Both the position numbers and the translations under genes were made by a program. Shown here in pieces: positions 14,610 through 26,955 of a DNA stretch of 64,000 bases (positions are counted from its first letter, which is position 1; the number at the start of each line of letters is the position of its first letter). The notes under the pieces were generated by a model, which saw only the letters and a program-made list of their open reading frames with translations, ran no database searches and was not told the origin of the DNA. Origin of the DNA: the human T2T-CHM13v2.0 reference genome, Homo sapiens; NCBI RefSeq assembly GCF_009914755.1, contig NC_060926.1. The stretch is one strand, 5' to 3'.

Positions 14610-16330
14610 TTAGGCTTACAATATAGGTTTTGCGAAAAAGTTAAATCTAAATACTTATAACAGGTTAATCTAATGGCTAACATTATAAAAAATGTTCAGA
14701 ATTTAAAAGATACATAAAAATTCATTCCATTTCAAGTAGCTGCAAAAAAAACTGCCTTAAAAATATATCACAAGTAATGAAGCACAACTTGAGAGAAACA
14801 ATACTAAAGGATGCTTTAAGTGAACATTCTAATATTTTGGGAAGTACAAAGCTACTTTCATAAGAAGCTGAAGAATGGAAAAGATGAGTGAGCAAACTTA
14901 TCAAAAAAATAGGAAAGTATAAGTGAGATTGAAAAAAATCAAAATGGTAAAGAAAATCAGATGAAGACTCAGGGTGAACTCTTTGGATGCAAGATTTGGG
15001 TTGCTGTTCTTGGATAGTGAGAACTTAGAATTGGATATAATGAATCCATTAGAAAGTGGAGACCTCTTAGATGATGAATCCAAAGGAGTTTTGAAGAAAC
15101 TGACTGATAAAGCTGAGTTAAATTTGTAAGAACTCAGAGATAACAGAAATCAAATGTATACTAAATTAACTGAATAAAATAAATAACTGCTGCACTTAAG
15201 GAACATATTAAGTCTCCAAACTCGGAAAGCTTAGCTGCAGTCAGAAAGGGAAAGCAAAAATGTCAATTCCCTTCTGAACTGCACTGAGGAAATGAAATTT
15301 AACTAAATATCCAACTTACAGAGAATTTATCCTGGAAAAATAGAAGAGCATCTTTTCAAGGAAGATGAAAAGATCAGCCATGTATGTAAAGAGCTGGACA
15401 CCTATAAAATATATGCCAAAATTCTTTCAGAAAAGGTCATCACTCACTATTATGAAATTCAGCTTTGTAGGTTGAAAAAAATCATGTTAACTTAGAAAAG
15501 AAAATACACATATTGGACAAAAAAACTATTAAGGAATAATTTAAATGCCTTAAAAATATTGTTACGTATTCAATGTTCCAAATAGGGCATTTGGGTACGG
15601 AGGACTACCAGGGAATCTCCTAGACAACAAAGTCCCTAAGGAAGGAGGAACATCAGGCTGTGAGAGGATCCAGGGTCCAGTGTCAGATTTTGACCAGATA
15701 GCATCGCCCCTGGGTCAGGACCACAGGATCAGGACCATCCATCTGGCCAGCTCTGTCCTGATGCAGCAATTTCTCCATAAGACAGAGTTTGTCCTAGTGC
15801 TCATGTGCTGTCCTAGGGCAGATACTTGGGACTGTCTTTAGATTCAACACCCCCCCCATACACACACACAAACAACTGAACATGACACTACTGGCCCAGA
15901 GTCCTCCCTCTCCCCAACCCATCAGATGAATCTCAGGGGAAAACTCCTGAGAAGAGGAATCTCCCAGAAATCACCTTCACTGAGGGACTTCCCTAGCCCA
16001 GCACCTCCTCCACCACCAACAAAAAGTGTCTCAACAGCAACTGTTGGATTTAGCCTTCTGCCACACAATCCATAAACAGAAGTTGGTCACCTTTTGAATT
16101 GGTCCCCCCTCCCAGTGAGTCTCCTTCTAGAAATCCAGAGCCACAGGATGATGCTTTTCTGTCTCTCTAATGTAATTTTGATATTTTCTTCCTTTAGTTT
16201 TATTGCAAATCACATTTAAGTTATAATACAATGGCTCAAAAAAAGGCAGTATAATTTTTAAGGTAATGCTTTATCATGGTAGGTTATTTTAAATGTACCT
16301 TAAGTTAGTTTTATATGTTCTTCCATTTTA
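14610..16330 (+). pseudogene. CTAGE5-like (MIA2) pseudogene: Decayed processed pseudogene of CTAGE5/MIA2 (cTAGE family; coiled-coil and proline-rich C-terminal half plus 3'UTR)
   Basis: Manual translation across stops and frameshifts gives collinear blocks matching cTAGE5 as recalled: LMANIIKNVQNL~LMADISKRIQSL; KDALSEHS~KDALNENS; EAEEWK~EAEVWK; ENLELDIMNPLESGDLLDDESKGVLKKLTDKAELN~[45 protein letters not shown]~RNQIYIQLSE; EEHLFKEDEKISHVCKELDTYKIYAK~[33 protein letters not shown]~VPNTAFG; PGNLLD~PGNPLD; LVPPPSESPSRNPEPQ~LIPPSNEPATEHPEPQ. No introns between the blocks. Confidence 0.9.
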
Positions 16331-16384
16331 TTGTTTGTAGGTGATATAATTAATGTATATGCCTTGCTATTGACACATTTACCA

Positions 16385-16580
16385 AAATGTTCCAGAAACA
16401 CAGAACAAAAGAATTTTTGTCTTCTAAAACAATTTTGAATTTTTTCTCCTTTGTTTTATTGCTCTTATTTTAGTGATTATACAATGTCTCAAATGGAAAT
16501 GTGATAGAATTACAATTCTTAGGACAGTGTTTTATAATTATACATTGTATAAATTATCTAAATTTGGAGAATCTTGTCAG
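16385..16580 (+). repeat. Extra downstream copy of the cTAGE C-terminus/3'UTR module
   Basis: 'tccagaaacacagaacaaaagaatttttgtcttctaaaacaattttga...agtgattatacaatgtctcaaatggaa...gaattacaattcttaggacagtgtttt' resembles 16134-16280 and the cTAGE5 3'UTR as recalled. Confidence 0.7.
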
Positions 16581-17054
16581 TAGCAAAGCACAATTTGACT
16601 ATCACGTTGAATTCCAAGGGTCAAAAACACCATTTGGAGCGTAGTGCATCTTATTCCAGGGATTGAGCCTGCCTTTCTTTTTCTTGAATAGGTCATCCAT
16701 TTTTCCCAGAGGGATTTCTTTCTTCCTTTAATGATCACTTAATGGAGTCTATTCTCCTAACATATTTTCCCTTTTGTCCTGTCTCCTTCCCTGACCTCAT
16801 TAAGCCACTTTTGTTTTAAGAGTTTATTATAATTCCTATTCCTTTGACTATATTTCCTTTCCCGGGCTTTGCTTTATTATTCCCTTTCCTAGATGACAAA
16901 TCAAAAGACTTTGTGTTTTACTTCTTTCACACACTAAATCATGTTTCATCCTCTCCTCTGAACTGTGAGGAATCTTCTTTCATGCTCCTAAGCCAGGAGC
17001 CCCTATCCATCTCTCAGGCCGTCTTCCATGATACAGACTAAAATTCTTTTTAGG

Positions 17055-17354
17055 AGCTGGGCATAGTGGGGTTCACTTATAGTCCCAGCTACTCAGGAGG
17101 CTGAAATTGGAGGATCACTTGAGGCCAGGAGTTCAAGACCAGCCTGGTCAAATAGCAAGACCCCATCTCTACAAAATATAAAATTTAAAAAATAGCCACG
17201 TATAGTCATGCGTGTCTGTAGTCCTTACTACTCGGGAGGCTGAGGCAAAAGGATAGCTTGAGCCCAGGGGTTCAAGGTTACAGTGAGCTGTGATTGCACA
17301 GCTGCTTTCTAGCCTGGGTAACACAGTGAGATCCTGTCTATAAAATAAAATAAA
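17055..17354 (+). mobile_element. AluJ (Jo/Jr-type)
   Basis: Diverged dimer, 'ggaggatcacttgaggccaggagttcaagacc', 'ggatagcttgagcccagggg', (TAAAA)n tail. Confidence 0.9.
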
Positions 17355-17827
17355 GATGCAATAATGTTATCCTTTAGGGTGCATCAATATATTATAGTGA
17401 GCCATTCAGACGGACTTAAGTTTAAGTACACCACTTACTTCCCAAGGAAACCTCAGAAAGAAGCCTCTCATCTCAATATATTCCAAAAAAAGGTCATTTC
17501 CTGACAAAAGTGGGTAAACCAAAGTGTGCTGGGTGGCAGAAGGCAGGTTTATATGTAATGAATAATTGGCTCTCGAGTATTTGGAAGTTTATCTTGTTAG
17601 CATTATTCTTATTTAGATATCATATGTTCTCCCATATTAGCATTTTAACATCATTGAGCAAAATTCAGCTGTGCTCTATAAAACTATTACTCATGATTGT
17701 GAAACTGAAGTTGTGGAGATGACCCCAAGCTGCATGATGTTCATTAAGTTGCTTAACCTCCCTTAGCCTCAACTTTCTCATCCATATACTAGAGATAGTA
17801 ATGCCTAACCACCTTATAGGATTGTCT

Positions 17828-18184
17828 TGTGATAGACTGAACGTTTATGTTTCCCAAAATCCATATGTTGAAACCTAGCCACCAGTGTAATGGTATTAGG
17901 AGGTGGCCTTTGGAAGGAAATTAGGTCATGAGGGTGGAGCCCCCATGAATATGATTAGCATCTGCATAAAGGAGACCCTAGAAAACGGGTCCTCGTTCTG
18001 CTATGTGAGGATGTAACCAGAAGTCAGCAGTCTGTGACCTGGAAGATGGTCCTCACCAGAACTTGACTATGTCGGCACCCTGATCTTGCACTTCTAGTCT
18101 CCAAAACTGTGGGAAATAAATTCCTATGGTTTATAAGCCACCAAGCCTATATGGAACTTTGTTATAGCAGCCCAAACTAAGACA
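17828..18184 (+). mobile_element. MLT1A0-type MaLR solo LTR inserted in a MIR
   Basis: TGTGATAGACTGAACGTTTATGT ... TTTGTTATAGCAGCCCAAACTAAGACA; MIR core at 17745-17827. Confidence 0.85.
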
Positions 18185-18289
18185 AGGCTTACATGCAATA
18201 ATGTTATACTTCACGCGGATCCAGCCAAATCAACTTACCTTCCAGTCCCAGGCGAGTTATCAAACCTCCTGGACTTTGGAAACACTCCT

Positions 18290-18635
18290 CTTGTGCCTGC
18301 ATGCTCTTTCTGCCTCCTCCTTCTTAGCCCAACAAAATCCTAATCACTTGCAAAGGTCCAATTCAAATACATTCTTTTTGGGCAAACCTTCTCTCACTCA
18401 CAGTAGGGCAGGAGTAGCTGCCCTCTCTAGGCCACACTGCATTCTGTGTATATCTCAAGTAATGCCTGAAGCACAATATGACTGTTTCCATATCTGGATA
18501 ACCCTCAGTAGGTTTGTTAATTCCACAAGAATAAGCAAGTGCCTTAGTTCCCTTTTTATCTACCACCCCTCACATTCCCAGCACCTACCACAGTGCTTGA
18601 CACATAGTTGGCATTCAATAAGTATTTGTTGACTG
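18290..18635 (+). mobile_element. L2 3' end
   Basis: 'cccagcacctaccacagtgcttgacacatagttggcattcaataagtatttgttga' L2 terminus. Confidence 0.75.
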
Positions 18636-20419
18636 TTAAAATTGTGTCTTTACCACTATTACCAACAGATGTCTAAATCAACCTGGTGACTGACAAAAGC
18701 GTAACCCATTGTATAGAAATTAGAGCAACATGGGCACTAATTCTACCACTACCGCTTCCACTTGTCTTAGCTATCAGAAAATTATGATGCTATTTCAGTA
18801 GCATATGGGACTCCTTTCAAACCAAGAATTTTGAATCTCTGTTGGATTGTATTAACTTGCTGTTGACCTATTTGCATTTCAGCAACTAGATCTGCCCTTA
18901 CTAATAATTCAGCTGCATTAATTTCTCCATATTCAGGGTAGTGAGTATTCTCTCTCTAACCTCACTATTTGGGGTTTGTGAAATAGGATATTCATATTAA
19001 AACCAACAAGAATTTGTGGTTACATGGCTTTCAGTATACCAGGAATGGAGTTCACATTTTTCATGTGTCTCAACTCATGTTGTTTGTATACCTCTACTTG
19101 GTCATGTCTGAAATAAATTTTCTGAAATCTAGGTATTCATCATAGACCATGAAATAAAATCAATTAAATTATAATTTATTTCTGGGTAATAAGTAAGCTG
19201 AGGATGATGTGTTCCGTCTTTTGATGGAATGCAACTTTACCATTAAAAGACAAATTCTTCACTTCCAAAGTTTGAATAGGGTGGTTCTTTAAAAAGCATT
19301 CCATCTGGTTAAATTTAGGGTGCTGAAAAAAGCCCACTATAAGAATATTCTCTGGCTCTGGACCCGTAACATTTTTACTTGATTATGAACTGGATTCATT
19401 TTCATTTACTTGAAGCACTTCCACATCGCTATTTTTTTTCTTTCTGCAACAAGGCAAAGTTGTCACCATACATGTTGACTCTGGTAATATTGTGTTCTCT
19501 GAATAATGCATTTCAAATGCATTATTGCCAGTAAAAGAAAAGCTTGTCTGTCCTGGGATACATTTTTAAAAGATGTTTCTAAAAAAACTTTATTTGTATT
19601 TTTTTTCTTTACTCATCCTCTGGCCCCTTTCTTCTCACTCTCATTCTCCTTTTCTCCCCAACCTGGCCCTCCCACCTCACCACCTGCAACCTGAATCCTG
19701 TACCAAGGTTCAATCACCAGTCTTTGGCCTACTTTCTATCTCATGGTCTTCATGATCTTTGGCTCAGAATTCCTACTTGCATACAGATAAAATTCATGAA
19801 TAAAGAAGAATGAATAAGTCAATGAATAAACCAACAGCCCAGTCTCCTCTACCTGCTGGTTGTGGGGTGATAAATGTCCTTGGTTTGCCTATCCCCTTCA
19901 CATAGGAGTTTAATGGGTCTGCAAGCTGAGACCATACATGTTACAGAGAAAAAGGATGAAGCCAAAGACAGAGTGAAAACATTGAAAATACCTATATACC
20001 AATAGTCCCTCCAAGAAATTCAGTAAATTTTTGAAGGCCAACCAATTAGATAGCACAAATTTGGAAACTCTCCAATGGAAGGAAAGGAAAAAGATTCACC
20101 CAGAATGTCAAATATAATTGACAAGTCTGCTAAAATAAAAGTAAGCTGGGACCTATTTTTGAGCTATAACAGGGCTCAGAGATTACTGTATATATGTGGG
20201 CTGGAAGCCTATCCTGATTCAAGCACCAATTTCATTCAGTATCAAGCCAAAACTTAAAGATTTAGTTAGGTTTTCAAATAGCCTGGATGGATATTAAGAT
20301 CTAGCATTTTCAAGCTATAAATGCCAGCCATGCCTTATTTATTGTGTCCTATGGAAAGGTTGTAACAATTACTGAAAAAAAAAAGACATTTGTGTTAGAA
20401 TAAACATTTCTATCTTTAT

Positions 20420-21760
20420 CCATTCATCTAACAAATGTTTGCTATGCATCTACTACGTGCAGGTACTGTGCTCTCTGGTGAGGGTTATGGTGAGATTACA
20501 ATGATTAGCTTATTAGACATATTCCTTATTCTTACACAGCTAGTCATTTTAAATAGTATGTAAAGTGTGTCAGTCACTGTTCTATGTACTTTACATCTAT
20601 ATTAATCTATTAAATCCTCACAATCCTACAAGAGGTAGATACTATTATATTTCCCATTTTACAGTTAAGGAAAGTGAGGAATGGAAAGTAACTTGTCAAG
20701 GGTCACACAGCTGTTAAGTATCAGAGCTACACTTTGAACACAGGCTGTTTGGCTCCACCGTCTATGCCCCTGTTACCCCTTACTGACTCAGGAGGGGAGG
20801 CAGTAGAGAGTAAAATGGTAGTTACTAGAGCATTGGAAGTCAGAGGGTAGAAAGGGATGGAAAGACGTTGGTCAAAGGATATATAATTACAATTAGGAAG
20901 AATTGTTTTTTAATGTTCAGAATAGGCAAATATAGAGAGACAGAAAGTAGATAAGTGCTTGCCTGGGGCTGGGGAGACTGGGGGAATGCTGTGAGGAGAG
21001 AATAGGTAAAGGAGGAGGAGAGAAATGGGAAATGACTACCAATGGTTATAGGATTTCTTTTGGGGGTAGTGAAAATGTTCTAAAATTGATTGTGGTGATG
21101 AGTGCACAATTCTGTGAACAAATAAAAACCATTAGATTGTACACTGTAAATGAATGAATTGTATTATAGATGAATTAAATCTCAATAAAGCTATTTAAAA
21201 AATAAGAAGAGGAGGCAGACATCAAACCAACAGTCATGTAAATCAGTATATAATCACAAAGTGAAATGAATCTTAGAAAAAACAAAAGGAAACAGGGTTC
21301 TAAGAGAACACAGAATAAAGAAACTTCAACTGAGGGTGTGGGTGGGGCTGCTAGGGCACTGATACTTGACCCCTGAAGGCTGAGTAAGTTAACCTGCCTC
21401 AGGAGAGAGCATTCCAGTCAGGGATGAGTGTAGGAAAATCCTCACTAGGAGGGAGCCTAGTGAGTGAAGGGCCTAAAGAGAGATGGAAGTCAGCCAGGGC
21501 CGAGAGTAGTGGGAGGTGGTGCAGGATGAGGATAGAGCGCTAAGGCAGGCCAGGCCTAAGAGAGAATTCAAGTATTTAAGTCTCATTAGTCTTAATTCTA
21601 AATACAATAAAAAGCCAATGAACCTTTTAAATTGGTGAGTGACAAAAGATTTGATTCTGAAAAACTACTTGGGCCACCATTTGGAGAAAGACCCAAGCGA
21701 ATGTAGGGCATAGTTACAGCCTTTGCAATGGTCTAGGTGAGAAATGATAGTAATTTTGTC
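20420..21760. mobile_element. Mosaic: antisense L2 interrupted by MIR (20540-20770) and L1MA/L1MB 3' fragments (20795-21205, +)
   Basis: L2 'cattcatctaacaaatgtttgctatgcatctactacgtgcaggtactgtgct'; MIR 'cccattttacagttaaggaaagtgagg'; L1MB end 'gaaaatgttctaaaattgattgtggtgatgagtgcacaattctgtga...tctcaataaagctatttaaaa'. Confidence 0.7.
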
Positions 21761-22159
21761 ATGAAAGCCCCAAAGTACTAACTCTAAATTGCCTTTGTCT
21801 ATATTGATCAGGAATAAGAGTACTCATTCTATATATCCTCTCCTATCATTTCACTAGTTTGTTTTACATTGGCTCAAACTTAGGAGCTAGGCAAGTGTCT
21901 TTGACAGGTTGAAAGATCAGTAAGAAAATTACTCATCAGAAACTGATAGATCATGTGCCTTTCACCAGCAACCTTTTCACTTTGCTTGTTCTCTTCCCAT
22001 TCAGTTTGATTCATATACAAATACAGGTGCTTAGAGAAGATACAACCTGACGACTTCAGTTTCTACCACAGATACTCTAGGCCTTGAGGACATTAAATAA
22101 AATGGTCATCTCAGGCAAGCCAAGGAGAACCAAAAACTTTCATCTTCCAACATAAAGAG

Positions 22160-22545
22160 GCACTATGGTATTATGGAAGAAGACTAATTTGGGAACCACA
22201 TAGATTTTCACTTTCAAGGTTTATAACCCTAGGCAAGTTGCTTAAGACCTCTTTGCCTTAGTTTCTCAATATGTGAAATGCGGATCTGAAAACTTACCTT
22301 ATGGTTATCAAAGAGTTAGAAATGATATGTATTACCTGCCTGGAATAGTTAATTGGAAAAAAAAAAAGTAACCTATATAGGACTCAATTATTTGTTATTG
22401 ACTTGGTCTCTGGATCCATCCATTTGCCATTTATTTAATAATTTACTGAGGCTCTACTATGGACCAAGCACTTTGCTAGATGCTCAGGGATAACTAGACA
22501 GGATAATGTAGGTTCTGCCATCAAGGATTGTGCAGATTAGAGATA
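22160..22545. mobile_element. MIR (+) followed by L2 3' end (-)
   Basis: 'aaccctaggcaagttgcttaagacctctttgccttagtttctcaatatgtgaaatg'; 'tttactgaggctctactatggaccaagcactttgctagatgct'. Confidence 0.65.
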
Positions 22546-22549
22546 GTAA

Positions 22550-23330
<781 letters not shown>

Positions 23331-25369
23331 AAGTATAATGGATATTGGGATAGAAGCCTGAAGACAGTAGGTACTCCAGGAAGTAAGAAGTAGAAATGAC
23401 ACTCATTACTTCATTCATTAATAAACTTTTATTAAATACTTATCCAGCTAATTTCCATAGCTCTTCAAGTGAATCTACCCTTCCTCCTTGGAAAGGAGGT
23501 ATGAACCAGAGTTTAGGAGCAGTCCATAGAGTTGCATTGCCTGAGCGAATTATAACATTCTATCCTTCTACTCATAGCTACCACTCTGCTTCTGCGACCA
23601 AGAAGCAAAATCCCTTTGTTAGAAGCAACACCCCAGATGCACCCAGAAGGAGATTAAACTCATGTCTACAACCAAGAGTAGCTCTTCAAGAAGTAAACAG
23701 GCCATATACTAGCTGATATTTTTTCAGCAATAATTTTTCTTACCACAAAAGAGAGGCCTGTGCTTTAAAACGTTATCGTATTCTCAAGGTTTGAACCACC
23801 ACAATAAACGTAATATTATTTCCATTCTGTTTTGGGATGTTGCTGAGACAAACTGTTTGTTGGTTTAGCTTGTTTGTTTTACTCTTAAGTAAAGTGTAAG
23901 TGAACATCCAATAGAATATGACAGTTCCCTTCCACGGGTGTGCTGTAAAAATTGCAGCATTTCCATAGGAATGTGATTAATGTCAAGCGTCGGAGCCAAT
24001 GGTGTTGCTCTCCTGCTGCCTTTCCACCTGTCCACTGCCAGGTGAGCATATCCAGCCACTGTTCCCTGACTGACTGCCAGATGATGCTTTCCTGCTGATC
24101 TGTCCTCGTGCTTGGTGGTATCTTCATACGAACTCACCACCTGTTAGGAACTAGCTCCTCAATACTTTCAAGTCTATAATTGACTTCGGACTTGATTTTT
24201 AATAAAGGCCCTATACAAGAAGACCATTTCCCCAAAGAGTCCAATGACAAAATTCAATTTCCATTGAAATAGCAATCAATGGGAATGATCAAGACTGAAT
24301 ATAGTTTTCTTAATTACTACCAATTATAATTGTTTTCTTTACTATGTCACCTGTCTAGATGATAGGCCACATGCCTATGACTATTCTCATTTTATGATGA
24401 ATCCAAGGCTCTGGAAGTTTAATCGGCATGCGCAAGCCTCGTGGCTCACTGAGAATAGAACCCAGGTTTCTTACCTCACTACCTCATGCTGCATCATTTG
24501 CCTCTCAACAAAGCAACACAAAAACTTTGGGCTTTCCTTGGTTAGTTTGCAGGAAATAATATCTTTTGCCACAGAGAAAGCCAGATGGTCATACTGAAAG
24601 AACACACAAAGATGTCCTAATCACAGAAAAAGAACAGGCATAAAACATGATGGATGTAATGGATATAAGTTCTAAGATCCACAGCCTCTCTGGAAATCAA
24701 AAGTGAGTTTGATGCCGCCCCTTCCCACCATGAAAATAGCTGCCCTATGCAAATAAGCATTTTGCCAGCCAGCTGAGATGGGGCAGAAACAATTGGTCTG
24801 CAGTCAGCCAGAAAGAAAAACAGCAGCCAAAGTGCACAGTGTTACTTTTCCCACACTGAATGAGGCATTAACTTCCAAATCTCTGACCCTTTAAATCTGT
24901 GTGACAATAATTAATGGGAGAAAGATAACTAATATTTACGTTTGCAGTCAAAGCCCCAACTAATAAGAATACAGGTTATGTAAGGAGACATGAGAGCCTC
25001 ACCATTTCTTACATGTGTTTCCAGCAGGTGAGGCATTAATTTCTTTTTCACTACGCTTGAGCTCCTACTTATTCCAGCAATGCTGCCACATGCTGTGTGG
25101 GAGCAAATGACTGGGAGATCCGAGTGAAGAACAGAGAGGAAAAGTTCAACTTGAGGACTTACTGATTATCTGCTAGGGGCTCTGGCCTTTGGTCAGATGC
25201 AGAATCTCAATTGTCCTTATAAATACAGATTTTTGTGCTATGCGTATTTCTAACCCTTATCTTGGGCCATTGGCATCTTACTCAATACCAGGACAGCACA
25301 CTCTTAACGAAGTCACTTGCCTTCTCTTGATTCAAAATTCCTTTCTTGTAAAATAGCTAGGTTTAACCA

Positions 25370-25548
25370 AATCTGGTTTTCATAAACAAAATCACCTGCA
25401 TCACAATCTTTTAAAAATACAAACCCCCAAATCTTTTCACCACATATTCCCCCAATTTACTGAATAAGAGAGTTTGTGATGAATCTATATTATTAAAAAG
25501 TTTCCTAAGTAAATATGATGCCCAGTCCAGGTTAAGAACCACTAGACT
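25370..25548. mobile_element. MER5-type hAT-Charlie fragment
   Basis: 'aaaatcacctg...tttaaaaatacaaac...gatgcccagtccaggttaagaaccact'. Confidence 0.5.
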
Positions 25549-26364
25549 ACTTAATGAATACTGTGATTTAATCTAAGTTAAGCAAGCTGTAGGCTTCCAC
25601 TGATCTCTTCATTCAAGGACAGAAACACTGCCTGGAATAAAAATCAAAATGGACACCATATCCTTTCTATTCAGCTCTTCAGATAAACTTCAAGGAGGCA
25701 GGAGAATGGCTTGGTAGGCAAAAAGTTATGGAGAGGATGAGGGACCAAAGTTTTCAGAATATTCTAGGTCTGTGAGATAACAAATACCCAAGGCATTTAT
25801 ATTCACTGCAAGAAATTAAAGATTGTATTATTCTTTGGCTAGTAGAAAATTGTTTCTCTCTTTTTCTCTTCCACCTCTTTTCCTTTGATTTTGTTATAAT
25901 TTTATTTTAATGCTCCATTTATTACTCTCTTTTGAGAAAAAGAAATGAGGGTAAGAGAAAAAGTCATCCTTACAATCAGTTGCGTTTTTCTCAATTTTTT
26001 TTTAATCAAAGCAGCCTTACTCTTTACCCTGCCTCTGACTCAGCCAGATCCTCTACCAGATGATTCAGCCCAGATCATGCTCCACTTTTATTTCCCTCCC
26101 TAATCAATTCCACTCAATACTTATTGAGATGGGAGACAGTGAGGGTGAAGCTGCCTTTCAATTCGCTTTTGTTTCACCTTTAAAGATAACGTATTACATT
26201 CCGTTTGAATCCTTCTCCGGATCCTCAAACAGAAAAACCCAGAATTTAACCTCAATTTTTTCCCAGTGATTTCCAACCAAGTAAGACGAAAAATCCTCAC
26301 TGGTAAAAGAAAGGATTAGAATTTGTTTCAAGCTTCAAAAAGTGGCAAAGTAAGCAACATAATA

Positions 26365-26955
26365 ACCTCATTCAATAAGAATTTCTGGAACTCTTACCAT
26401 GTGCCTGGCACCATGCTAAGTGCTATGGATACAACAGTGAACAAGAAAAAATTTCCAAAATTTTGGCACTACTAAAAGCAAGGATTCTTTTACACAGGGT
26501 AGTTATAGCTTATAAAATATCAAAATAGTATCTTACATTTATGTACTGCTTTATACATATGCTACCATTTGATACTTATCATAACCTCTGAGATAGGCAG
26601 GGCAAGTATTATTTTCATTTTATACTTACTTGTGGTAATGGTTAATATGCACTGAACACTTAATAATAGTAATAATAACCTAACATATTTAATGCTTTCT
26701 TCTATAAGGCACTGTGCTAAGCATTTTACACAAATTTATCTTCCTTTGACATGGTATTAATCCCCATGATATAGTTAGAAAACTGAAGCTTAAGAGAGGT
26801 CACATAGTGGATGATGGGACAGAGCCAGCACTCAAACCCAGGTCTGTACTTCCAGAGTCCGTATGTTTAACCAGTTTGCTGCATTCAGGGAGGTTAAATG
26901 ATTTGCCCAAAATAATCTGACTACTAGGCACTGATTTTAACCCATACATTCTGTT
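26365..26955 (-). mobile_element. L2 end plus nested MIR fragments
   Basis: 'ttaccatgtgcctggcaccatgctaagtgctatggatacaacagtgaacaaga'; 'gaaaactgaagcttaagagaggtcacatag...cactcaaacccaggtctg'. Confidence 0.7.

Noticed and set aside
14722-15083. Two minus-strand 60-aa ORFs
   Set aside because: Antisense shadows of the plus-strand cTAGE pseudogene.
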